Source: a virus
DNA: 64,000 bases
Direction: 5' to 3' (one strand)
Virus record (IMG/VR): IMGVR_UViG_3300037313_001714
Coordinates: 54,454-118,453 of that record
Both the position numbers and the translations under genes were made by a program. This document shows positions 35,501 to 44,785 of the stretch, piece after piece (positions within the stretch are counted from its first letter, which is position 1; the number at the start of each line of letters is the position of its first letter). The notes beneath the pieces were generated by a model, which saw only the letters and a list, made by a program, of their open reading frames with translations, searched no databases and was not told the origin of the DNA.

Positions 35501-38500
35501 GGCACCTGGCCGCCGTCGGCGCGGGTGTACTGCACCGTGCACTTGGCATTGGCCACCGGCGTGACGGTGTAGGTCGCGGCGCTGTTGGGGCCGGCCGGCA
35601 GCGTGATCGAGCCGGCGCTGGTCGAGCCGTTCGAGGCCGTCAGGGTGATGGTGAGCGGGCTGGTCAGGTTGCCGCGCGCCTCCACCGTCACGGTGTAGTT
35701 GGAGCCGCCGGTGCCGTACATCGGGCCGGCGTCGACGATGGTGGCCTGGTTGATGCCGGCCACGAACTTCATCACCCCGCCCACCGCCGGCTCGAGCGTC
35801 TGGCGCTGGTAGAACTGCGGCGTGTGGTTGATCGGGTAGCCGTGGATCGGCCAGTGGTTGCCGCCCATCCAGGTGTAGACCTCGATGCCCTGGCCGAAGG
35901 CGTACGTGACGCCGTTCTTGAACTGGGTGAGCCAGTTGGCATTGCCCGAGTCGTTGGACAGCGGCATGCCGGTCTCGGTCCAGGCGAGGCTCGCGCCGGT
36001 GAGGCCCTTGCCGGTGGCCCAGGTCACCACTGGCGTGATGCGGTTGGTCAGCGTGCTGGTGCTGATCGCGCCGGCCTCGCCGGCGGAGGTGCCCTTGGCG
36101 ACCTCGACGCTCCAGTCGAAGTGGGCGCCGTCGCTGGCGGCGTCGCCGTAGCAGTGGAAGTCGTAGATCAGGTTGGGCATCGCCGAGCCCGACGCCGCGC
36201 TCTTGTAGTTGGCGATCTGGGTGGTGGTGAGCCAGCCCTTGCTGGTGACGATGTTCTGCTCGGCCGCCGACAGCGTGCCGCCCGCGAACGCCGTCACGAG
36301 GTACAGGTCCTCCTTGGGCGTGGTGAGCGTCTTCATCAGGCCGAAGCGGTTCTCCGGGGCCGACTGGCTCGTCTCGTCCAGCAGCTCGTAGACGCAGATC
36401 GAGTCGATCGTGCAGTTGGTCGTCGAGACCAGCTCCTGCATGTGCACGGCCAGCGACTGGTAGCCCTCCTCGGTGTAGGTCGCGCCGTCGGTGTTCTCGT
36501 AGGTGCCGGGGTTGCCGTTGGCGACGTCCCAGTAGATTTCGCCGGCGTTGAACTCATTGACCGTGACCGGCTTGCCGAAGGTGCCCAGCATGCCGGTGGC
36601 GCCGCCCGTGCCGTACCAGGGGTCCGTGTTCAGCGAGTCGTTGGCCAGGATCGGGTAGACGTGAAAGCCGGTGACGTCCCAGTGCACGCCGGCGTTCTTC
36701 ATGTACGTGAGGAAGCCGAAGTCGCGGCCGATTTCCGTCAGGATCACCCGCAGCGGCACGCCCTGCGCGTTGGTGCCGATCGCGTGCACGGCGTCGGCGA
36801 TGCCGCGCGCCACGTACGAGATGCTGGTCATCGCCGTGGAGGCGTTGTAGTTGGTCAGGTCGGTGCCCTGGCCGTTCCAGTCGATCTGGCCGCTCACGTC
36901 GGGGCGGATCTGGATCTCGTTCAGGATCTCGAAGTCCTGCACCAGGTCCTTCATCGCGTTGACGAGCTGGATGGTCTGGTTGTAGGAGTCCGTGTAGACC
37001 TGCTGCAGCGTCATCGACGCCGTCGGGTAGATCGTGTAATCCCACTGGTAACTGTTCTGCAGCACCGCCTGGATCTTGCAGCCGTTGGCCACCAGCTTGC
37101 CGCAGACGTCGCGCAGCAGCGTGAGGTCGGCGCCGGCGCCGAACAGGTCGACCCGCACGTTGCGGAAGTTGCGCGCCTGGCAGATGCTGGCGATCGAGGC
37201 GTTGTTGTTCGTCGAGCCGCCGCCGGTGTGGATGTTCACGCCGACCGGGATCGCGGTGGTGGCAGCGGTGGTGAGCGGGAAGCTCGTGTTGTTGGAGGAC
37301 CAGCCCACCGGCGACTGCCAGGCGTTGCCGCCGACGTAGACCTTGCCGCTCCAGCCGGCCGCACGAATCGCGTTCACGGCCGCCTTGGCGAACGACGGCC
37401 AGATCGTCATGTCCTCGACGTTGCCGCTGACGAACGGGCTGTTCCACGGCGTCGTGCCCGTGCTCGTGGGCATGTCGTGCGGCTCGTTCATCAGCGAGAA
37501 GCCGGCCAGCGCCGCGTGCCCCTTCCACAGGTTGGTGACGCGCGTCCAGAAGTCGGTGAAGTCGGCGACCGTCAGCGTCGCGCCGGTGGCCTTGGCGAAG
37601 ATGCGGGTGGTGACGGCGCCGGTGCTCGAGTATGGCGGGTAGCGCTTGTCCGACGGCACCGTGAAGCCGTTGACGGTGCCGTCGGCGTTGTAGATGAAGT
37701 CCTGGTAGCGGCAGGAGTTGTGCAGGTCCAGCACCACCTTCACGCCGGCCGTCAGCGCGTTGTCCAGGCAGGACTGGATGTAGCTCTGGTAGAAAACGTC
37801 CAAGCCGCCCTTGACGCCGCCGATGTTGTGCGCGTTCACCACGCTGGTCGCGGCCGGCGAGGACGCCAGGATCGGCTGCAGGCGCTCCCAGATGATCGGC
37901 AGGCGCACCTTGGACACGCCGGTCTGGCGCAGAAACTGGAAGTCCTCCAGCCGCGGCACCGTGAAGTTGCGGTTCGGGTAGGTGGAGGTGCCGAAGCGGA
38001 AGTTGGGCTGGGCCCACTCCATGCCCGACAGGTTGACCCCGAACAGGTTGTTGCTGGCCGCCTGCTGGGCGATCACGTTGGCCAGGCCGGCGAAGGTGTC
38101 GCGCGCCTCGCTGGCGGCGACGCTGGCGTTCACCGTACCCGGCTGGCTGGCCGCGCTGTTGGCGGTCTTGGCGAACAGCTGGCCGTACAGCGCGCTGCCG
38201 TCGGACATGAAGACAAAGGTGTCGCGCGCGTCCGCCGTGGTCGAGGGCGTCCAGCTCTGGATGTTGTAGCCCGCCGCGAAGCTGTAGCTGTAGGGGCCAC
38301 CGGTGTGCGGCTGGATCACGTACAGCGTGTACTGGCCGGTCTTCAGATTGGTCGGCAGCTGGATGACGTGGTTGTTGCCGGTGAGCGTGAGGGTGGCGAT
38401 CGAGCCCTTGCTCGCGTCCCAGGCCACCGAGGCGGCGTCGATCAGGATCTGCTGCGTGATGCTTGGGTTGAGCAGGTCCTTGTTGGTCAGCTGCTGGGTG

Positions 38501-38622
38501 CCGGTGGTGGTGACGTTGCCCAGCAGAAGCACCCAGCCGACGCCGTTGTAGGTCCAGGTCGAACCGCCGGACGAGAAGATCTGGCCGTTGGTCGGGTTGT
38601 TCGGGAAATTGATTGCTGCCAT
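32551..38622 (-). CDS. 2023-aa tail fibre/depolymerase: GH5 interrupted by a nested clan GH-A module, two LamG-like domains, Pro/Ala linkers, C-terminal GH8
   Basis: GH5: GVNLSGMEW, VRLPIIWERLQP, VVLDLHN, MNEPH, DFHCY, WTETG. Nested module: GVNIH, ILNE, FHVYP, VNEFN. GH8: TVSEGMGYAM, AVDGDLDMA, RTSDW, YYYWNACRDPWR. Confidence 0.85.
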   Translation of the reverse strand: MAAINFPNNPTNGQIFSSGGSTWTYNGVGWVLLLGNVTTTGTQQLTNKDLLNPSITQQILIDAASVAWDASKGSIATLTLTGNNHVIQLPTNLKTGQYTLYVIQPHTGGPYSYSFAAGYNIQSWTPSTTADARDTFVFMSDGSALYGQLFAKTANSAASQPGTVNASVAASEARDTFAGLANVIAQQAASNNLFGVNLSGMEWAQPNFRFGTSTYPNRNFTVPRLEDFQFLRQTGVSKVRLPIIWERLQPILASSPAATSVVNAHNIGGVKGGLDVFYQSYIQSCLDNALTAGVKVVLDLHNSCRYQDFIYNADGTVNGFTVPSDKRYPPYSSTGAVTTRIFAKATGATLTVADFTDFWTRVTNLWKGHAALAGFSLMNEPHDMPTSTGTTPWNSPFVSGNVEDMTIWPSFAKAAVNAIRAAGWSGKVYVGGNAWQSPVGWSSNNTSFPLTTAATTAIPVGVNIHTGGGSTNNNASIASICQARNFRNVRVDLFGAGADLTLLRDVCGKLVANGCKIQAVLQNSYQWDYTIYPTASMTLQQVYTDSYNQTIQLVNAMKDLVQDFEILNEIQIRPDVSGQIDWNGQGTDLTNYNASTAMTSISYVARGIADAVHAIGTNAQGVPLRVILTEIGRDFGFLTYMKNAGVHWDVTGFHVYPILANDSLNTDPWYGTGGATGMLGTFGKPVTVNEFNAGEIYWDVANGNPGTYENTDGATYTEEGYQSLAVHMQELVSTTNCTIDSICVYELLDETSQSAPENRFGLMKTLTTPKEDLYLVTAFAGGTLSAAEQNIVTSKGWLTTTQIANYKSAASGSAMPNLIYDFHCYGDAASDGAHFDWSVEVAKGTSAGEAGAISTSTLTNRITPVVTWATGKGLTGASLAWTETGMPLSNDSGNANWLTQFKNGVTYAFGQGIEVYTWMGGNHWPIHGYPINHTPQFYQRQTLEPAVGGVMKFVAGINQATIVDAGPMYGTGGSNYTVTVEARGNLTSPLTITLTASNGSTSAGSITLPAGPNSAATYTVTPVANAKCTVQYTRADGGQVPPIRTIYTYTDPVTLAATNLTDAAMTVVGKYSCALWRAQDAVADYLPTPQVATLKGPVRAICDTGAMSSNTNPMEMLNWYNTDVNEGSELFQRPTLQQDSAGKYVLDTSVYPQRGFWCRKTVPQTGVIPLPKDKMAFDLTNAHFVVAGYALTASSSGGIIFAAGNDEGQQRTELGFASGTPQAVINDVNGLSVTLKGTPPPVNTPQVFALTHAQGAQVLRQNGAQVASGASTFAASPYNAMHLLGGYVNFFETAAPLGQFYGAIVGTGTPSTSELNVLEKYMASLSGATLSGAAPAPSPTPAPTPAPAPGTGTPVSDATIAAFFANSAQGGWYTAKDHTTLIGNTGTGAQAAGPGSGVRTWKDKSGRGNDITQNNLQSNPVWNTTNAGVDYLNIYANFPCTIGGGGSTSGFMFAWCSQDYSGNGITRTLYSDANTANAGYRIRITPNNNVEFSVGIGNTRVTLTTAAQIRFGQDNTVVCYHDGGSLGVRINGGTIETLACGTATAGSSGFMIDGDQGVAESNDWYGYMYAMILRKNNAGTPTDRVNAANYVAQQAGYADATMGAAAPAPAPGPAPAPGPAPAPAPGTVSMPYGNRIQTYAAGIKPTNYTNSAMDTKLTAQYDAWKLARIVSASQVVAGGYLDQFSDPTYCTVSEGMGYAMLMCVLFAGHDGTARQYFDGLYATVKARPAYAYDPYIPGVSQYLMDWRLYANGSSAGGGWNAVDGDLDMALALLMADAQWGSTSGQWNYRAEAIGKINAMKSANFNALGFPRIQSAVNSRTSDWMLGHFRSFKKATGDTFWDTCVTKCESLINELQTTYSPSTGLLPDFAINCDGNSPGLSPGGIGDGTPTEMYYYWNACRDPWRFGTDYVFSADATLKTYTMRMANFFQSQANGTVTGTNDWLIGIRDGYDMSGNRQGTGNTDGSSSPSFVAPAMLAMMTDSSYQSMLNSLFDWNLRHLTTGYYDSEIQLLCLVVAAGCWWLP

Positions 38623-38625
38623 GGG

Positions 38626-39432
38626 TTAGCCGTAGTTCACCCACTCGGCCGAATCGGCGTCGACCGTGTACGTGTAGCGGATGCCGGTGGTGGTATCGAG
38701 CCATTCCTGGCCATGCACCGGGTTGGCGGGCGCGGTGGGGCCCACGGTGAGCGCGACCCCGCCGCTGCCGCCCCCGGGCGGGATGCCATCGAGCTTGGCC
38801 TTGTCGGAGGCCGACATGAAGCCGTGCGTGGCCGGCGTGGCCAGCGCGTGCTGGGTGTCGCCCTGCCCGATGTGCCCGGCCACCAGCGCGTTGATCTTGC
38901 CCAGCGCGTCCAGCACCGTGTCGCTGGGCGTCACCAGCTGGCTGGCCGTCAGGAAGTTGTTGGGCGAGGCGGCCTGCGTCACGCCGGTCAGGGGCGTCGC
39001 GCGCACCCGGGTGGCGGTGAAGTACAGGTTGGACAGGCCCTCCATCAGGCCGTCGGTGCTGGTGATGCCGGCGCCGCCGCCTCCGGACAGGCCGCCGTTG
39101 AGCAGCGACTCGATCTGGTACATGGCGGCGGTGAAGATCGCCGCGGTGCCGACGTCGCCGTTGTTGATCAGCGGAATCTTGTTCGTGTTGGTCTCGTCGC
39201 GCACCACCACCGCCGGCGTGAGCGCAGCGCTCACGTCCTGGTAGGCGCCACTCAGCATGAAGGTGGTGTCGGTGCCGTTGAAGACGGCGTTGGTGGCGAC
39301 GAAGTACGGCACCTTGTAGGGCGTCGCCAGGAAGATCTGCGACGCCTTGATGTCGGCCGAGACGTCCTGGCCCGGCACCGTCACGAGCTGCGAGCCGTTG
39401 CTGACGTTGCAGGAGAGTTTGAGCTGTGCCAT
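38626..39432 (-). CDS. Proximal tail fibre protein
   Basis: TDGLMEGLSNLYFT, GFMSASDKAKLDGI, PANPVHGQEWLDT motifs common in fibre proteins. Confidence 0.7.
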   Translation of the reverse strand: MAQLKLSCNVSNGSQLVTVPGQDVSADIKASQIFLATPYKVPYFVATNAVFNGTDTTFMLSGAYQDVSAALTPAVVVRDETNTNKIPLINNGDVGTAAIFTAAMYQIESLLNGGLSGGGGAGITSTDGLMEGLSNLYFTATRVRATPLTGVTQAASPNNFLTASQLVTPSDTVLDALGKINALVAGHIGQGDTQHALATPATHGFMSASDKAKLDGIPPGGGSGGVALTVGPTAPANPVHGQEWLDTTTGIRYTYTVDADSAEWVNYG

Positions 39433-39503
39433 GCCTACCGGGTCCGGAATGTCCAGTGTATCACAGTCACCAGTGACTTATGTATAAGGATCGGGAATGC
39501 GGA

Positions 39504-40073
39504 TCAGGGATGGCCACCCTGCGCTTGCGGCGGCGGGCTCGGGCTGGGCGTCGGTGGCTGGGTCGGCGACGGCGGCGCGGGCGTCGGTGCCGGTGGCTGC
39601 GCGGGCGTGGGTGCCGGGGTGGTCGCCGGCGGCGGCCCCATCTTGAAGGCCAGCTTGGGCGTGGGCCGGACCGGCACCGGCGGCTGGCTCGCCGGCAGCG
39701 GGTGGGCGTTCTTCACCGCCTTGATCGCGTCGTAGAAGCCCGTCACCTGCGGCAGCTGGCCGGCGTCCATCGCCTTGAACAGCGCGTCCAGCTGGTCACC
39801 CACGCTCGGGTAGGCGTTGCGCCGTGCCACCTGGATGGCCACGTAGTCGTCATAGGCCTGGGTCTGCGCGTCGCGCAGGTCCTCCCAGGCGCCGCTGGTC
39901 ACGTTGAACTGGTGGTGGATCGATGGCCGCGGGTTGCCCAGCGTCGGGTCCTCGCCGAGCACCAGCGTCAGGCCGTCGGTCAGGTTCTGGCGCGCGTGGG
40001 CGAGCTGCCCGACCGGCATCACGCCGGTCGACACGAGGTGCGTGCCGTCATGGACGTAATATTTGAGATTCAT
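39504..40073 (-). CDS. Tail fibre assembly-like protein with a Pro-rich tail
   Basis: RRNAYPSVGDQLDAL...IKAVKNAHP motif. Confidence 0.6.
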   Translation of the reverse strand: MNLKYYVHDGTHLVSTGVMPVGQLAHARQNLTDGLTLVLGEDPTLGNPRPSIHHQFNVTSGAWEDLRDAQTQAYDDYVAIQVARRNAYPSVGDQLDALFKAMDAGQLPQVTGFYDAIKAVKNAHPLPASQPPVPVRPTPKLAFKMGPPPATTPAPTPAQPPAPTPAPPSPTQPPTPSPSPPPQAQGGHP

Positions 40074-40099
40074 ATGTCACTGGTGACTTTTGGATTCGG

Positions 40100-43000
40100 T
40101 CAGCGCTTGACGCCCTGCACCAGCACGCTGGCGATCGAAATGCTGGCCTGCGAGCTGGCCGCGAGGAAGGTCAGGTAGGCCACCACGGTGCCGGGGCCCA
40201 GCCGGATGTAGCCCGAGGGGTTGATGTTGATCATGCCGTTGCCAGTCTGCTGGCACAGCACCAAGCCCTGGATCGAGGGCGTCTGCGACCCCGGCGGGTA
40301 GTAGTCCAGTCGCAGGTTGACCGTCACCGGGATGAAGCCCGAGCCGTAGCCGATCTCGCCCACCGCCGAGATCACCAGGCCGACGTCCGGCACGTTCGGC
40401 GGCAGGCTGAGGTCGAGGCTGTTCACCACCACGATCTGCTCGAAACCGTTGCCGTAGAAGGCGCCGCCAATCGTGGCATAGCTCGGGATGATGACGGCAT
40501 TGCCCTGGATCTTCTCGGTGAGCACTGCCAGGTCGCCGATGCGCGCGCTGTTGATCGCCGCGTCGCCGATGATGGCGTTGTTCATGCACACGGTGGGCAC
40601 GCCGTTGACGAAACCGACCACGAACGGCGTGACGGCCGGCGAGCCCGGGTAGGTGGGCATCGCCACGAAGAAGGTCTCGGCCTGCACGCCGAACGCCGAG
40701 TGGCCCTGCTTGGGGTCGTAGGCGTCGGGTGTGATGGCCAGCCCGAAGCCGGAGGCAAGCAGCCGGCCGTCGGCCGAGTTGTAGCCGATCTTGACGGTGT
40801 ACTCGTTCTGCAGGTTCTGGATCTGCGCCGTCTGGTCGGCCGCCAGCCCGATCGTGGTCTGCAGGTCGGTGGTGAGCTTGGTCTTGTCCAGGATGCCGTC
40901 CTGGATCGCCTGCACGTTCAGGTAGGTGGTCTTGAACGCGATCGCGCCGGAAGGCTGCAGCTCGGTCAGGCCGAACTGGTCGTAGGCGGCCACCCGCACC
41001 CAATAGTTCGAGTTGAACATCAGGTTGTTCAGGACCACCTGCGTGCCCGAGCCGCGGTACACCTCGTACAGCGTGCCCAGCAGCGCCGTGTAGTCGCCGG
41101 CGATCAGGGTGCCGTCGGCGTCGGTGAGGAACACCACCAGGCCGGCGAAGTCCGCATCGTCGCTGTGCTGGATGTTCACGACCGCCGTCTCCCAGTCGGG
41201 CGTCACCTGCATACCGGTGATGGTCGGCGGCGGGTTGTAGGCGGTGAGCAGCGCCGGCTCGCCGAGGTTGTTGAAGATGTCGCGCATGCGGATGCGAAAG
41301 CGCAGCCGGCGCGTGATGCCGTCCTCGGCGTTCTTGCCGTAGGTGTAGACGTAGCCGTTGACCGTGGTGTACTCGACGCGGCGCGGCGCGGCCGCGGGGT
41401 CGTCGTCGTAGTGCCAGACCTCGATCTGGTAGTCCTTGAAGTGCGGATCGAGCGCGCCGGCGTTGGCGCCCACGTTGTCCGGTTCGCTGCCGAAGTCGTA
41501 GCTGTGGGTGACCGAGTTGTAGCGCCAGGCCAGGTGGCAGTCCGGTCCGCTCCACACCACGGTGGGCGCGGAGATGACGCCCACGCTCACGCCGGGGATC
41601 TCGCCGAGCACCGTGTACTGCAGGCCCGGGGCGCCGTCCAGCGGGGCGCGCTTGCCCCACACGTCGAAGGCGTCGACGCTGACCCGGACGACGTCGCCGC
41701 GGTTGGCCTGGATGTTGAGCTGGCTTTGCACGCCGACCTGCGTGACCTGCGTCGGGTTGTCGTTCAGGTGCCAGTAGACGTCGGCGCCGGCGTACAGGCC
41801 GACGGCCGGCGCGTTCCAGTAGACCACCGCGTTGGTGATCACCTGCTCGCCGGCGATGATGGTCTGCTCGGTGATGGTCAAGCCGGTGACCTGGCCGATC
41901 GCCGTCTGGCTCGGATCGAGCACCGTGCCAGGCAGGTGCTGGTCGCCGTAGCGGCTGAAGTCCCAGATGTTCGGGTCGTACTGGATCGCCGTGATCTGGC
42001 GCGTCAGCTCCTCGCCGGAGCTGGTGATCGCCTTGATGCGGTAGACCTGCTTGACGGTGCTGGCCTCGCCGAACATCCACTGGGCATACTGCTCGGGGGC
42101 CACCTGCAGCACGCCGGCCAGCTCGATGACGTCCGTGTCGCCCGGCGGGTTGGCCACGACGACCTCGTCCACCACGTCGGTGTCGTACAGCACGAACGGC
42201 GCGCCCACAAAGATGTTGCTGCCGACCACGTCGGCGATCACGCCGGCTCCGGGCACCACGTCCTTCACCGCGAAGTCGCGCTGCACGCCGCCGATCGTCA
42301 CCTGCAGGCGGGTCACCCGCGGCGGGGTGGTCGACCAGCTGTTCAGGCCGACCAGCCACAGGCCGTCGTTGAGCGGCGTGAGCGCGTTCACCTCGCCGGC
42401 GTAGCGCGTCACCGCGCTGTGCAACACCAGCAGCTTGTAGGTCTTGCCGGCGGCGATCGTCACCGTGCGGTCCAGGTTCACGCTGATGGTGGTGCTGCCG
42501 GCCTTGCAGCGCCCGGCCTGACCCCAGTTGGGCATGTCGTGCTGCACGAACACCAGATTGCCCACCGAGCAGCCAATTGCCTCCAGCGGCGCCTTGAACT
42601 CGACCGTCTTGAGGATCAGTCGGTTCATGTTGAGCATGATCATGCCCTCGCGGAACGCCGTGTCGTAGTCGATGCAGCCGATCAGGGTGATCGCCGCGGT
42701 GCGCTGCGGCTCGCCGGCGGTGAGCGCCACCGGGTCGTAAATCTTGATCGTGCGCTGGGTGTAGTTGTCCTGCCAGTCGAAGAACGTGACGTCGATCTCG
42801 TTGGCCCGGTCGCTCATGTTCAGCCACGTCTCCTTGTAGGAGTCGGGCACCATGTTGGCGACCGAAAACATCATCACCGGCGTGTCCTGCTTGTCGACCA
42901 CCACGGTCCACTTGGTGCCGATGTTCACCAGCTGGGCGTGGCCGATGCGCAGCGGGTACTGGGTGGCATCCCAGACGTTCATCTCGCTGTCGATCACGCC

Positions 43001-44785
43001 GTTGAAGCGCAGGCCCGCCGCATCGCAGTATTTGGCCCAGGTGTAGAAGCTGTAGAAGTCCAGCCGCGAGGGGTCGATGCCGCCGCCGAAGCGGGTGTTG
43101 GTCAGGATGTCCCAGGTGATCCAGGCCGGATTCGAGCTGGGCGCCTGATACCACTGCTCGGCCGCCCCGGGCACCGGCGCGCCGTAGACGGCGATGATCC
43201 GGCCGTGGTTCATGTAGGTCACCTGCGGCAGCGACGACAGGTGCTCGCCCAGCGTCACGGTGACGGCCAGCAGCGCGGTGTTGGGATACGTCAGCGTGTC
43301 CAGCAGGATCTCGTTGACGTCGGACAGGTAGACCTGGTCCATCACGTTGGTGGCGGTGGACTCGGGCGTGGTGCGGCGCACGCGCACCACGTAGCGCCCG
43401 CTGGTCAGGATCAGCGAGTCGAACGAGGTGCGCACCGCGTTGCGGGTGGCCGCGCCGATCGACAGCCCGCCGCTGACGGCGAAAACCGGCACTTGCGGGG
43501 TGGGCGTGTTGGCGCTGAAGCCGTTGGCCTGGATGTAGGTCAGGTCGGCCGGCGAGACCGGCTGCAGGTTGTCGGCGTAGACCCAGCTGGAGACCGCCGT
43601 CAGCGCGCTGGCCAGGTTGGGCGACTCGTAGGCCCACTCGAAGCCGTCCCAGACGTAGACGTTGCCGGCGGCGTCGGTCTGGATCGGCTGGCCGCTGACG
43701 GCGTCCTTCAGGGTCGGGATGACGGCGCGCCAGCTGGTGAGCTGCGAGGGCACCACCAGCGGCGTCCAGCTGCCGTCGCCGCCGACCAGCTGGTACTCGA
43801 TGTCGAACCAGACGCCTTGCGGCTCCATGGCGCCGCTTTTGGTGTTGACGCTGTAGAGGCCCTGCGGCGCCACCACGTCGATGCGCAGCCGGTCCACCGC
43901 GCCGGTGGTGGTGTAGAAGGTGTAGTCGGTGGTGAGCTTGGAGTTGACGTTGTGCGGCGTGATGATGTTGCCGAACCACGGGATCGGGGGCTGGTCGTTC
44001 CAGCCGCCGCGCCCGTCGATGCCGATGCCCGGGTACGTCGCCGCGTCGTTGCCGTTCAGCATGACACCGTCGAGGCCGGCCACCGCGCCCTCGCCGGCGT
44101 TGATCAGCATGTAGAGGATCTGGTTGGAGCTGCCGGTGTTCTGGGTGTAGAGGTCGATGATGTTGCCGGCCATGCGGTACTGGCCGTAGCACACCGGCAC
44201 CGGCACGCCCTCGGTGGAGGTGTTCTTGGCGCCGTCGATGCCGTAGGTCGGGCTGTCGGTCTGGTCGCCCGTGTTCTTGGTCGGCTGGCTGGGCGCGAAC
44301 AGGCTGTGCACCAGATAGGAGCCGGCCAGCGTCAGGCCCACCGTCAGCAGCGAGGTGCCGAAGGTGCCCAGCCCGAACGCCGAGCCGATCGCGCCGGCCG
44401 CCATCGGGGCGACAATTGCCACTGCCAGCATCGCGACCATCCCGAGCAGCCCGCCTTTGCTGCCGCCCTTTTGCGGGACCGGGGACAGCACCAGGCAGTC
44501 CCCGCGCTGCGGGATGGTGGTCGCGTACTCGTCGAACGTGACCACACGCCCGTTCAGGGCGACCACGTGGTCCGGCACTTCGGCGGGCAGGTAGTCCGCG
44601 AGCGTGGCGCCTTCGAAGGCCCACTGTTCGCGCTCCATGCTGTGCAGCGGGTCGAAGGGATTGGTGATGCGCGTGACGTTGATCGCCTCGGCGCTCAGGT
44701 GGATCTCGGGCTGGATGTCCTCGATGCGAGGCGGCCGCTGCTCGAGGCGCTTTGGAACGACGTCCGTGATGTCAGCGTCCCGCAT
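40100..44785 (-). CDS. Tail tip / host-specificity protein J with a fused N-terminal gpI-like region
   Basis: Ubiquitin-like start and hydrophobic segment; YGIDG...GVPVPVCYG; TYPNTALL; NPAWITWD; FNGVID; FN3-like region; follows L and K. Confidence 0.88.
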   Translation of the reverse strand: MRDADITDVVPKRLEQRPPRIEDIQPEIHLSAEAINVTRITNPFDPLHSMEREQWAFEGATLADYLPAEVPDHVVALNGRVVTFDEYATTIPQRGDCLVLSPVPQKGGSKGGLLGMVAMLAVAIVAPMAAGAIGSAFGLGTFGTSLLTVGLTLAGSYLVHSLFAPSQPTKNTGDQTDSPTYGIDGAKNTSTEGVPVPVCYGQYRMAGNIIDLYTQNTGSSNQILYMLINAGEGAVAGLDGVMLNGNDAATYPGIGIDGRGGWNDQPPIPWFGNIITPHNVNSKLTTDYTFYTTTGAVDRLRIDVVAPQGLYSVNTKSGAMEPQGVWFDIEYQLVGGDGSWTPLVVPSQLTSWRAVIPTLKDAVSGQPIQTDAAGNVYVWDGFEWAYESPNLASALTAVSSWVYADNLQPVSPADLTYIQANGFSANTPTPQVPVFAVSGGLSIGAATRNAVRTSFDSLILTSGRYVVRVRRTTPESTATNVMDQVYLSDVNEILLDTLTYPNTALLAVTVTLGEHLSSLPQVTYMNHGRIIAVYGAPVPGAAEQWYQAPSSNPAWITWDILTNTRFGGGIDPSRLDFYSFYTWAKYCDAAGLRFNGVIDSEMNVWDATQYPLRIGHAQLVNIGTKWTVVVDKQDTPVMMFSVANMVPDSYKETWLNMSDRANEIDVTFFDWQDNYTQRTIKIYDPVALTAGEPQRTAAITLIGCIDYDTAFREGMIMLNMNRLILKTVEFKAPLEAIGCSVGNLVFVQHDMPNWGQAGRCKAGSTTISVNLDRTVTIAAGKTYKLLVLHSAVTRYAGEVNALTPLNDGLWLVGLNSWSTTPPRVTRLQVTIGGVQRDFAVKDVVPGAGVIADVVGSNIFVGAPFVLYDTDVVDEVVVANPPGDTDVIELAGVLQVAPEQYAQWMFGEASTVKQVYRIKAITSSGEELTRQITAIQYDPNIWDFSRYGDQHLPGTVLDPSQTAIGQVTGLTITEQTIIAGEQVITNAVVYWNAPAVGLYAGADVYWHLNDNPTQVTQVGVQSQLNIQANRGDVVRVSVDAFDVWGKRAPLDGAPGLQYTVLGEIPGVSVGVISAPTVVWSGPDCHLAWRYNSVTHSYDFGSEPDNVGANAGALDPHFKDYQIEVWHYDDDPAAAPRRVEYTTVNGYVYTYGKNAEDGITRRLRFRIRMRDIFNNLGEPALLTAYNPPPTITGMQVTPDWETAVVNIQHSDDADFAGLVVFLTDADGTLIAGDYTALLGTLYEVYRGSGTQVVLNNLMFNSNYWVRVAAYDQFGLTELQPSGAIAFKTTYLNVQAIQDGILDKTKLTTDLQTTIGLAADQTAQIQNLQNEYTVKIGYNSADGRLLASGFGLAITPDAYDPKQGHSAFGVQAETFFVAMPTYPGSPAVTPFVVGFVNGVPTVCMNNAIIGDAAINSARIGDLAVLTEKIQGNAVIIPSYATIGGAFYGNGFEQIVVVNSLDLSLPPNVPDVGLVISAVGEIGYGSGFIPVTVNLRLDYYPPGSQTPSIQGLVLCQQTGNGMININPSGYIRLGPGTVVAYLTFLAASSQASISIASVLVQGVKR

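Noticed and set aside
32539-39735. Very long plus-strand ORFs (also 27764-30862, 40700-44875, 47856-52724, 59213-63310 and others)
   Set aside because: They are antisense shadows of real minus-strand genes in high-GC DNA; translations are Arg/Gly/Ala/Val-rich with no motifs.
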